A stretch of DNA of 64,000 nt from Candidatus Dormiibacterota bacterium (GTDB lineage: Bacteria; Chloroflexota; Dormibacteria; Aeolococcales; Aeolococcaceae). The notes beneath the pieces are model-generated. The model was given only the letters and a program-made list of their open reading frames with translations, did not search any database and had not been told where the DNA came from. How positions within the stretch are numbered: the stretch's first letter is position 1; every line of letters starts with the position of its first letter. The position numbers and the translations under genes were made by a program. The stretch covers positions 320,002 to 384,001 of the forward strand of contig CAWFUO010000006.1 of the NCBI GenBank assembly GCA_963819095.1, given 5' to 3'. Below, one piece after another: positions 17,692-26,782 of this stretch.

Positions 17692-20046
17692 ATGGCCGAC
17701 GAAGATCAGGCTTCGGGCGCTCCCCAATTCGACCCGGGCGCGGGATGGCAGGTGCGTGTGCGCGACGCGCCCAAGCCCGATTGGGATGCCGTACCGGCGC
17801 CCCAGCCGACGCAGGCTCCGATGCCGCCGCCACCCTCGGATCCTGGCCTGGCACCAGGTTCGGTGCCGCCTCCGCCGCCGACATCGGGACCCGCGCCCGC
17901 GCTCGACGCCTTCGGGGCGCCGCCTGCCCCGCCCCCGGTCGATCCCGTTGCCTTGCCGCCAGTGCCGCTTGCCGCCGCTCGGAAACCTTGGGGTCCGCTC
18001 CCCGCGATTCTCGCGGCCGCGGTCCTGATCGCGCTGATCGCCGGCGGCGGCTACTACCTGATGGGACGGAATTCGCCGGCCGCAACGCCACTGAGCACGC
18101 CTCTTCCCTCGGACGTCGCGGTGGTGCATTCCGGGCCGGCGCAGCTGGTGCTCCAACCGCTCGCCGGGGGCGCCCCGACGCGCACGGTGAGGCTGCCGGG
18201 GTCACCCGATCAGATTCTCTCCACGCCCGACCGGTCCAAGGCCTTCCTGCTCGACAGCTCGCGCGGTGACGTGATCCCGGTGAATCTCGTCAGCGGCCAG
18301 GTCGGTGCAGCCATCCCCGTCGGCAAGCTCCCGACCGATGAGGACATCTCCGCCAACGGGGCAACGCTCTACGTCACCGACAACCTGGGTGGGACGGTCA
18401 TCCCCATCAACACCGCGACGGGTCGACTCGAGCCGGCGCAGCCCCTCTCCCAGGGAGTCGACTTCTACGTACCATCGCCGACCACATCCGGCGCACTGGT
18501 GGGCGCGGTGACATCGCCGGGGCAACCCGGGGTCGTGTACTTCTACAACCCGGGAACCGGTACGGGCTCACCCGTCGCGGTCGGGTCGAATCCCGTTGAC
18601 GCGGCCTTCTACAGCCCGGACGGAACCACCGTCTGGGTGGTCGAGGCCGGCCTCAACAGCAAGCCCGGGTCTGTGATCCCGATCGACGTGGCGACCCGCA
18701 AGCCGGGAACGCCGATCAAGCTCGGCATTGCGCCCGGCGCGTATGGGCTCACCCCCAACGGTCAGACGCTCGTCATCGCCAATGGCGGGGACAGCACCGT
18801 CTCGATCGTCGACCTCGTCAAGCGCCTGGTGGTCGCGACTGTGCCTGTGGGTGCGACGCCGACCGGTCTCGACGTCGACAAGGCAGGGGCCACAGCCTGG
18901 GTCGCCTCCGCAACCGAGCACAAGCTCGTGCCCATCAACCTGCTCACCAACCACGCCGGCACCGCCATCAGCCTCGGCAACGCACCCGGCGATCTGGCGC
19001 TGCCGGCCGCGGCAGGTGTCGCCTGGGTCCTGTATCCCAGCTCGAATGGCACCGTCAACTTCCTCGACGGCACCGTGGGTCCGTTCGATGGCTCGATCCA
19101 CGTCGGCAACGGACCCGAACTGCTCATCGGCACCGGTTCCGAGACGAGCTGGGTCGCCAACACGCTGACCAACACCGTTCAGCGCATCGACGCGGCCGGG
19201 CGCAGCGCGGGTGCCCCGATCCGGGTCTTTCAGACCCCGGAGGAGCTCCAACTCACCCCTGACGGGAGCGCACTGCTGGTGCTCAGCTATGGCGACGGCG
19301 TTCATGCCGGCATGCTCACGTCGATCAACACCACCACCTCGAAGCCGAGCGCGCCACTCAGCGTCGGAGTCGCTCCCAGCAATCTCACGATCTCTCCGGT
19401 GGGTGATGTTGCGTACATCGCCGACTACCAGGCCAATGCCGTCGTGGTCATTGACATTCCCAACTGGAAGATCAAGGGCGTGCTGCCGCTCCCGTGCGGT
19501 CCCACCGATCTGGCGGTGACACCCGACAACACGCAGCTGTTCATCGCCTGCGGAGATTCCTCGGCGATCCTGCCGATCAAGCTGCCCGACTACACGTTCG
19601 AAGCCCTGCTCAGCGTCCCGAACATGCGCGAGATGCTCATGCCGGTGACGGGCACCAACCTGCTGGTCGTCCGCGCCAATGGTCTGGTCAACATCGATAC
19701 GGACACCGACAAGGTCACCAAGACGGTGAACGAGACCGCCAACCTCGTCAGCGTTGTGGAAACCACTGACGGTGGCACGATTCTGGCGCTCGACAACTCG
19801 GGCGCCGCCGTGCTGCTGATCGACCCCGTCACGCTCGCGACCAGGAAGTCCCTCGCCGTGGGGACACGTCCGGATGAGCTCGTCGTGTCGCCGGACAACC
19901 TGTCTGCGTATGTGCTCGATGCGGGGCAGCAGAAGCTGTTCGTCATCGATGTCGCGACCTGGAAGGTCAAGGCAACGCTGAGCGTGTCGCCGGACGCCAC
20001 CAACGTCATCGTGCCCCTGCCGGTCGTCGTCCCGCCGTCCTCCTGA
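17692..20046 (+). CDS. membrane-anchored YVTN-type beta-propeller repeat protein with Pro-rich N-terminus
   Basis: About 110 aa of Pro-rich cytoplasmic region, one TM helix, then many roughly 40-residue repeats of the pattern G..P..L..SPDG..LYV. Confidence 0.75.
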   Translation: MADEDQASGAPQFDPGAGWQVRVRDAPKPDWDAVPAPQPTQAPMPPPPSDPGLAPGSVPPPPPTSGPAPALDAFGAPPAPPPVDPVALPPVPLAAARKPWGPLPAILAAAVLIALIAGGGYYLMGRNSPAATPLSTPLPSDVAVVHSGPAQLVLQPLAGGAPTRTVRLPGSPDQILSTPDRSKAFLLDSSRGDVIPVNLVSGQVGAAIPVGKLPTDEDISANGATLYVTDNLGGTVIPINTATGRLEPAQPLSQGVDFYVPSPTTSGALVGAVTSPGQPGVVYFYNPGTGTGSPVAVGSNPVDAAFYSPDGTTVWVVEAGLNSKPGSVIPIDVATRKPGTPIKLGIAPGAYGLTPNGQTLVIANGGDSTVSIVDLVKRLVVATVPVGATPTGLDVDKAGATAWVASATEHKLVPINLLTNHAGTAISLGNAPGDLALPAAAGVAWVLYPSSNGTVNFLDGTVGPFDGSIHVGNGPELLIGTGSETSWVANTLTNTVQRIDAAGRSAGAPIRVFQTPEELQLTPDGSALLVLSYGDGVHAGMLTSINTTTSKPSAPLSVGVAPSNLTISPVGDVAYIADYQANAVVVIDIPNWKIKGVLPLPCGPTDLAVTPDNTQLFIACGDSSAILPIKLPDYTFEALLSVPNMREMLMPVTGTNLLVVRANGLVNIDTDTDKVTKTVNETANLVSVVETTDGGTILALDNSGAAVLLIDPVTLATRKSLAVGTRPDELVVSPDNLSAYVLDAGQQKLFVIDVATWKVKATLSVSPDATNVIVPLPVVVPPSS

Positions 20047-20048
20047 GC

Positions 20049-21158
20049 GTGTCGATCCCGACCATCGCGCCGCCGCTGCCGCCGCCGCTCTGGCCGGATC
20101 CGCCCCCGCCGCCACCGTCTGAGGGGAATCCCAACCGTCGGTACGTGATCGGGCTCGTGAGCGCCGCAGTGGTCCTCCCGCTCGTCGCTGTCGGTTGGAT
20201 GCTGCTCAGCGGAGCGCACCCGGCGCCGCACCAGAAGCCCGCCGTCGCCAGCGCCGTCACGGATGACGGCATCGTCAACATCAACGGGAACGTCCCCGGC
20301 GGCTACATCGCGGGCACCGGCATGGTGCTCACGTCCGGCGGTCTCGTGCTGACCAACAACCATGTCGTCGCCGACACGACCGATCTCACCGCGCAACTCG
20401 CCGGCAGGGGTCCGATCTACAACGCCGTTGTCGTCGGCGTGGACCCCACCCAGGACGTCGCGGTGATCCGGCTCGAAGGTGCATCCGGCCTCCCGGTCAC
20501 CCCGTTCGACCTGTCCGGGTCGCTCGGCGTCGGTGATCCGGTCACGGGTCTCGGCAACGCGCTTGGTCACAACGGGGCGCCTGTGGCTGCCAAGGGAAGG
20601 GTGACCTCGCTCGACGAGACGATCTTCGTGGAGGACGAGGACGCCAGCATCGTCGAGACGCTGGACGGCGTCGTCTGCTTCAACGCACCGATTCAGCCGG
20701 GCGACTCCGGCGGTCCGCTCCTCAACGCCGGTGGGCGTGTCATCGGCATGGACACCGCAGGGGCACTGACCAGCGCGACCCTCGCCGGCGCCAAGTGGGG
20801 GTGTGCCATCCCGATCACGCGGGCGATGACGATCGCTCAGCAGATAGAAGCGGGGACCGCTTCGCCGTACTTCGAGTCAGGGCATCGGGGCATCCTCGGT
20901 GTTGATGTCACGGCACGAACCGGCGTCACGGGCTGCGTGGTCACCGCGGTCACCCCCGGCGATGCGGCGGCAGGCGCAGGCATCGTCGCCGGAGATGTGA
21001 TCACCACCGTCGGCGGCATACCGGTACCAACCACTGCGGGCTTCAATATCGTCATGCAGGACCGGCGACCGGGAGATCAGGTGGCCGTCGTGTGGCGCGA
21101 TGCCTCAGGTGACACGCACACCGCAGTCGCGGTGCTGAGCGCGGGACCGCCTGCCTAG
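20049..21158 (+). CDS. S1C (HtrA/DegP-like) serine protease with C-terminal PDZ domain, membrane anchored
   Basis: Pro-rich N-terminus plus a TM helix. Catalytic triad context LTNNHVV, DVAVIRL, GDSGGPL. PDZ-like C-terminus. Confidence 0.85.
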   Translation: MSIPTIAPPLPPPLWPDPPPPPPSEGNPNRRYVIGLVSAAVVLPLVAVGWMLLSGAHPAPHQKPAVASAVTDDGIVNINGNVPGGYIAGTGMVLTSGGLVLTNNHVVADTTDLTAQLAGRGPIYNAVVVGVDPTQDVAVIRLEGASGLPVTPFDLSGSLGVGDPVTGLGNALGHNGAPVAAKGRVTSLDETIFVEDEDASIVETLDGVVCFNAPIQPGDSGGPLLNAGGRVIGMDTAGALTSATLAGAKWGCAIPITRAMTIAQQIEAGTASPYFESGHRGILGVDVTARTGVTGCVVTAVTPGDAAAGAGIVAGDVITTVGGIPVPTTAGFNIVMQDRRPGDQVAVVWRDASGDTHTAVAVLSAGPPA

Positions 21159-22076
21159 GTCTGCTTGACCTGCAGCATCGCCTGCAGCGCGGCGATGCGC
21201 TGCTCGATCGGCGGATGCGTGTCGAAGAGGTGATGGGTGAATCCGCCGTGGTGCTGCAACGGGTCGTCGATGCACATCGCCGCCGTGGCGTGGGTCATCT
21301 TGGCGAACGGCTTGTCATTCTGCTGCAGCTTCTGCAGCGCGTGGAGCAGTCCCGCGGGATTGCGCGTGAGGTCGACGCTGCTCGCATCGGCGAGGGACTC
21401 GCGCGAGCGTGAGAGCGCGAACTGCATGAGCGGGCCGACGACCACCGCGACCACTGAGAGCAGCGCCGCCGCGGCGATGAGGATGATGATCAGGTAGCCG
21501 CTGTCGCGGTTGTTGCCGCCACGGGTGAAGAACAGCGACCGCCAGAGCAGGCTGGCGAGCAGCCCGATGAGCGCGACCGACGTCGCGACGATCAGCACCA
21601 GGCGGACGTCGTAGTTCTTGATGTGGCTCATCTCGTGGCCGATCACGCCCTTCGAGCTCTTCACGATTCATGATCGCGAGCAGCCCGGTGGTGCAGGTGA
21701 TCGCCGCCTTCTTCGGGCTCGTGCCGGTGGCGAAGGCGTTCGGCGACGGGTCGTTGATGATGTAGACCTTCGGCATCGGCAGGCCGTCGCCGATCGCGAG
21801 CGTGGACACGATGTCGTAGAGGACCGGCGCCTGCTCCTGCGTGACCGGTTGCGCGCCGGAGACGGCGAGGACGGTCTGCTGCCCGAGCGTCAGTGACCAG
21901 AGCACCACGAGGAGCGCCAGGATCGCTGCGATGATGATGCCCGAGATGCCGCCGCTGACACCCGAGGCGATGAAGCCGATCACATAGCCGATCGCGGCCC
22001 AGATGATGAAGAAGGCTGCGACCACGATCACGCTCTTGCGCTTGTTGCGGGCAATCTGGTGATACATCGACTTCAC
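21155..22076 (-). pseudogene. htpX: M48 zinc metalloprotease HtpX, reading frame broken by one extra base near 21647-21650
   Basis: The N-terminal part (ORF 21315..22076) reads to ...LAIMNREELEG. The C-terminal part (ORF 21155..21664) resumes VIGHEMSHIKNYD in the +1 frame. The junction sequence is GAAGGGCGTGATC. Confidence 0.8.
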
Positions 22077-22152
22077 TATGCCACGGCAGATGCCGGGGCA
22101 AACTGATGTTCAGCGCAGAGGTCGACTCGACGACGGATGAGGTGAGGTCAGA

Positions 22153-23438
22153 TCAGATCGGCGTAACGCTCCCGAACGGCTCGCAGCGAGGCGGGCAACG
22201 GGCGTCAACGTCCGGAGCGCGCGAAGCGACGCAGTCGGCGGTCTTCAGACCGGCACCCGTGATGTAGGCGACCACTGTCTCGTCGCCCTGCCAGCGGCCG
22301 GCGCGGGCGAGGTTGCGGAGCACCGCCACGGTGACCCCGCCGGCGGTCTCGGCGAAGATGCCCTCGCTCGCCGCCAGCAGCTCGATGCCCTCGACGAGCT
22401 CCTCCTCGGTGACGCTCGGCGACGACGCCGCCGGTCTCGCGCGCGATGCGCAGGACGTCGGCGCCGTCGGAGGGATTGCCGATGGCGATCGAGCGCGCGA
22501 TCGTGGCCGGGCGGACCGGGACGACCGAGGTCTCGCCGCCTGCGAACGCGGTTGCGACCGGCGAGCAGCCAAGCGCCTGGGCGCCGGTGAGGCGGGGCAG
22601 CCGCGATCCGCGATCGACGAGGCCGAGGTCGATCAGCTCACCCGCGGCCTTGCGGTGCTTGACGAACTGGCATCCGGACGCGACCGGCACGACGATCTCG
22701 TCGGGGAGGCGCCAGCCGAGCTGCTCCGCCGTCTCGAACGTCAGCGTCTTGCTGCCCTCGCTGTAGAAGGCGCGCAGGTTGAGGTTGCAGAAGCCCCAGT
22801 CGACGCAGTCGGCGAGCTCGGTGCAGAGGCGGTTGACGTCGTCGTAGCTGCCGTCGACCGCGATGATCGTCGGGCGGAAGATCGAGGTCCCGATCATCTT
22901 CGCGGGCTCGAGGTCGCTGGGCACGACGACGACGGCGCGCAGTCCCGCATGGGCCGCATACGCGGCGACCGAGTTGGCGAGGTTGCCCGTGCTGGCGCAC
23001 GCGATGGTGGTGAGCCCGTGCTCGCGCGCCCAGGTCGCGGCGACGCTCACGACGCGGTCCTTGAACGACCCGGTCGGGTTCTGCGTGTCGTTCTTCAGGT
23101 AGAGGTTGCGCAGGCCGAGCTCGGCACCGAGGTTGCGCGCGTGGATCAGCGGCGTGAAGCCCTCGCCGAGCGTGATCGGCTCCCTCTCGTCGAGGTCGAC
23201 CGGCAGCAGGTCGCGGTACCGCCAGATGCTCGGCGGACCGGCCGCGATGCTCTCACGCGAGATGCGCCGCGCCACCTCCTCGTAGTCGTAGCGAACCTCG
23301 AGCGGACCGAAGCACCGGTCGCAGATGTTGGTTGCCTCGACAGGGGTCTCGTGACCGCAGGCGCGACAGACCAGACAGCTGACGTGCGCTCCCGACGGGA
23401 GCCCGGCCGTAGCGTTCGAGCAGACTGATCGTGGACAT
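22153..23438 (-). pseudogene. thrC: threonine synthase with N-terminal zinc-ribbon, interrupted by at least two single-base frame breaks
   Basis: PLP motif NPTGSFKDR. An ATG with a GGAGG SD at 23438 is in frame 0, but the CLVCRACGHE...CDRCFGPLEVRYDYEEV ribbon is in frame +1. A second break near 22414-22416 joins ...ARETGGVVAE to VTEEELVEGIELLAASEGIF. Confidence 0.8.
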
Positions 23439-23630
23439 AAAAAAACCTCCCGGGCTTGTGGTCCGGGAGGCTTCCCAACGTGGGCGCGCGTGCCCCTACG
23501 TTCGGAAACCTCCGCGGGGCATGATCATGGTTGCGAGCACGACTGCTTGGTGTCAGCACAGTGCGGGCATGCTAACACGGACCCCGCGTTGCATCGCAAG
23601 TGGCTCGCCGTGACAGCCTGTCGCGAGCGA
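23439..23630 (-). promoter_or_regulatory. thrC leader ending in a terminator/SD-sequestering hairpin plus U7 (candidate attenuator or riboswitch expression platform)
   Basis: The minus strand reads CCTCCCGG-ACCACAAGC-CCGGGAGG-TTTTTTT-ATG. The 3-prime arm contains the only SD for thrC, and the U-tract abuts the start codon. Confidence 0.5.
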
Positions 23631-26062
23631 TCAGATACGGCGGATGAGGTCCCGCTCCACACGCTCACGCGTGAGCGCGACCACGGGGTGGAGCGGGTGA
23701 TTCGCGGAGTGCCTGCTCCATCTGGCGAAGCAGCGAGTAGAGGCTCTTCACCGCCTTGACCACGTCACCGGTGTCGGCGCCGGGCGGCGGCTCGATGTCC
23801 GCCAGCGGCACCCCCGACGCCCACTCGTACGCGGGCCGGATCATCTCGAGCGAGAGTGGCGGCATGCGTCTCGAGGCCGTGCTCGCGCTCGAGCTCGACG
23901 AAGCGGCGCATGGCGGTGCGCAGGCCGCGATGCCGCTCCTCGATGCGCGGGGTCGGAAAGTGGCGGCGCGACGGCTGCGGGCGTTCGCGGCCGCGATCCT
24001 CGGCGACCAGGCTGACCAGGGTGGCCGCGAGCTCCTCGGGCTTCAGCCCGTCGAGCACACCGGACGCGATCGCGTCGGCGACCAGCAGCGAGCTCTCGCC
24101 GTAGAGCGAGCCGGCAAGGCGTCCGAGGTCGGTCGGCTCGTCGCCGTCGAGAAAGCCCGCGGCGCGCAGCACCGCGCGGTGGGCGCGGAACTCGCGGCGG
24201 AAGCGATGCTGGGCGCGCTCGAGCTCCTCCTCGGCGCCTGCAAGCGTCGTCTCGATGTCGGCGATCCTGTGGTGATGGGCTCGATGCTCGCCGAAGTACG
24301 GGCAGTTGCGGCACGGCGATTCGTTGAGCCGGTCCTGCAGCGACCGGGTGGTCCGGCGCAGCGCCTCGTAGCGCTGGCCGGGATCGGATCCCGCCTTGCC
24401 GTAGCGGCCGCGGCGAGCGTCGGTCCAGTGTCCCCGCCGGACGCGCCGGAGCGCGAGTTGCGCCTCGCCGAGTTGGGTTGTGGTGGTGAGATACGACGTC
24501 AGGGTTCGCTCGGTGCACGGAACCCGCGGATGCTGGAAGCGCCGCAGCCGGAGGTCGTTCAGCTCGGCTTTGAGGTTGGCCTTGCGATGCCCCCACCGGG
24601 CGGAGCGCTCGAGCGCCTGGTACTGACCGAACGAGCTGTCGAGGAGCAGCTCGGCCGCCTCGGCGGAGCGCGTGCGCAGCAGGTTGAGCACCATCGTGTA
24701 TGTGGGCGAGAACTTGGAGTCGACGGCAAACTCGCCGGAGATCGCGGCGTCGTAGATGTCGCGCAGGTCGACGTCGCTCTCCTTGAGGATGATCCCGTGC
24801 CCGACGGTGTCGATACCGCGACGACCTGCGCGCCCCATGAGCTGGGTGAGCTCGCCGCTGGTGAGTGACGCGAAGCTGACGCCGTCGAATTTCGTGAAGG
24901 TGGAGATGACGCAGGAGCGCGCCGGCATGTTGAGCCCGAGGGAGAGCGTCTCGGTGGCGAACACGACCTTGATCAGCCCCTGCTGAAAGAGCCGTTCGAC
25001 GGTCTCCTTCGCGTAAGGGAGCAGACCGGCGTGGTGCATCGCGAGGCCGCGCCGGAGCAGGCGCCGGTCGAGCTCGAGGAGCACACACTGCCGCTCGTCG
25101 GCATCATTCAGCGCCGACATGCGCTCGGTGATCGCGATGTCGATGCGCTCCTTCTCCTCGTCGTTGGTGAGGTCGATGCCATGCACGCCGCAGCGTTGCA
25201 GCGCCTCGCGGCACCCACGTCGCGAGAAGATGAAGTAGATGGCGGGGAGCATCGCGCGCCGGCGCAGCACCTCGATCACCTGGAGCAGATCGTTGTCAGG
25301 CGCGTGACGTGCCTCGCGAAAGCGCGGCTGCTGCACCGCATCCGCCTGCGCGAGCTCGAGCGTTCCGCGCGCCGCATTACCCGCTTTGTCGAAGAGCGGA
25401 TGCAACGCGTTGTCGATTGCGAGCCACATCTCGAGGGCCACGGGGCGCTCGATCTTGGTGACGGTCTCGATGCTGCCGCGCAGACCGGACATCCACGCCG
25501 CGACCTCCCCGACGTTGCTGATCGTGGCCGAGAGTCCGATAAGGCGAATGTGCCGCGGAGCCTCGATGATCAGCTCCTCCCACACGGTGCCGCGCGGGTA
25601 GTCGTCGATGTAGTGGACCTCGTCGAGCACGACGTCGCCCACCCGATCGACACGCGCCGGATCGTCATAGAGGACGTTGCGCAGGATCTCGGTGGTCATC
25701 ACCAGCACCGGCGCGCCGTCATTGAGCGTGTGCTCACCGGTGATCAAGCCGATGCGATGCTCGCCGAATCGCTCGCACAGATCGTGGTACTTCTGGTTGC
25801 TGAGCGCTTTCAGCGGCGTCGTGTACACGACGTCCGCCGCGTCGGTGATCGGCCGTCGCAGCGCGGCCGGGGCGTCGAGACGGCGCCAGATCACGTAGTC
25901 GGCAACGACGGTCTTGCCGCTCGATGTCGGCGCGCTGACGAGCACGCCTCGCGAGCGTTCGAGCTTGATGATCGCCTCACGCTGGAACTCGTCGAGCGTG
26001 AACGGGAGCGTCGCCTGGTACGCCTCGATGAGATCCCGCGTCTGCGGGGCCTGGTCAGACGT
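23631..26062 (-). pseudogene. helY: Ski2/HelY-like DEAD/DEAH-box RNA helicase with two C-terminal frame breaks and no canonical start codon
   Basis: Motif I APTSSGKT, DEVH box, SAT, and the DSHCT-like tail GDVVKAVKSLYSLLRQ. Frame breaks near 23866 and about 23703. The conserved N-terminus (LPFTLDEFQREAI) lies upstream of the first ATG/GTG/TTG at 25945. Confidence 0.8.
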
Positions 26063-26342
26063 GGATCAGCTCGAAATGCGAGCCGAGGACGAGCGCCTCG
26101 CCGTGGTCATCGACAAAGCGCAGCACCTTCTGGCACATCTCGTCCGCGTGCCGGCTGTCCGAGCTCACGCAGGCAACCCCGATCACCGCGGACTGCCAGA
26201 GATCCTGGTCGCCGACCTCGGCAACCGCGACGTTGAACGTGTTGCGCAGCTTGGCGGTGAGCGAGCGCACCACCTGGCGCTTGTCCTTGAGGGATTCGCT
26301 GTCCGGCACCTGGATGGTGACCGTCAGCGTGCCGATGACCAT
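26055..26342 (-). CDS. DUF503 (YlxP-like) family protein
   Basis: 95-aa protein with the typical LTVTIQVPDSESLKDKRQVVRSLTAKLRNTFNVAVAEV sequence. Confidence 0.85.
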   Translation of the reverse strand: MVIGTLTVTIQVPDSESLKDKRQVVRSLTAKLRNTFNVAVAEVGDQDLWQSAVIGVACVSSDSRHADEMCQKVLRFVDDHGEALVLGSHFELIHV

Positions 26343-26347
26343 GTGAC

Positions 26348-26487
26348 GCTACGAGGAGGGGACGGCATCGACTGCGGCGGGCACGGGGGCGGAACGCCTT
26401 CGCCGTTCCGCCCCTCGCTCTCGCCGGAGGGGGTAGCCCCGGCTGCGAGACGGCCCGCCTCCGTCAATGCCATCCCCTCCTCGTAGC
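26348..26487 (-). repeat. intercistronic multi-hairpin GC-rich palindromic element (21-bp outer stem enclosing two inner hairpins)
   Basis: GCTACGAGGAGGGGACGGCAT (26348-26368) pairs with ATGCCATCCCCTCCTCGTAGC (26467-26487) at 20 of 21 positions. The mismatch is G-U on the minus strand. There is an inner GGGGCGGAACG/CGTTCCGCCCC hairpin. Confidence 0.7.
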
Positions 26488-26488
26488 A

Positions 26489-26782
26489 TCACAGGGCGTC
26501 GAGCAGCTTCTGGCGGAGAACCTCCAGCTTCTCGAAGTCGTCCACCGAGGGGCGAGTCGGCGCCTTGCTGGGGAACTTGAGGTGCTGGACGGCCTCAGAG
26601 AGGATCCGCAACTCGTCGTCGGTCAGCCGGACAGAGCGCATGTGGGGTGCCGGCGCGGTGGGGACCGGGTGGACGGCGTCGTTGTTCTCGCCGGGCGACA
26701 GTGGGGCGTCGAGCTGCTCGGGTTCCGCGGAGCGGAACAGCTCGTCGCTGCCGCGCAGCTGGGCGCGGCGAAATCCGCGCAT
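26489..26782 (-). CDS. hypothetical 97-aa protein translationally coupled to ParA
   Basis: TGATG overlap with the parA stop. Disordered N-terminal half and helical C-terminal half (VRLTDDELRILSEAVQHLKF...LEVLRQKLLDAL). No ParB domain. Confidence 0.55.
   Translation of the reverse strand: MRGFRRAQLRGSDELFRSAEPEQLDAPLSPGENNDAVHPVPTAPAPHMRSVRLTDDELRILSEAVQHLKFPSKAPTRPSVDDFEKLEVLRQKLLDAL

Noticed and set aside
17546-18269. Overlapping Arg/Pro/Ala-rich ORFs on both strands across the start of the beta-propeller gene
   Set aside because: They are generated by the Pro-rich (CCG/CCC repeat) coding sequence of the plus-strand gene and show no independent coding evidence.
23439-23630. T-box or SAM riboswitch identity for the thrC leader
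   Set aside because: I could not find the conserved T-box sequence (AGGGUGGNACCGCG-like) or the SAM-I/SAM-IV core from memory. It is kept only as an unclassified candidate leader.
23756-26236. Plus-strand ORFs of 370 and 401 aa antisense to the helicase
   Set aside because: They are low-complexity shadows, while the helicase motifs are on the minus strand.
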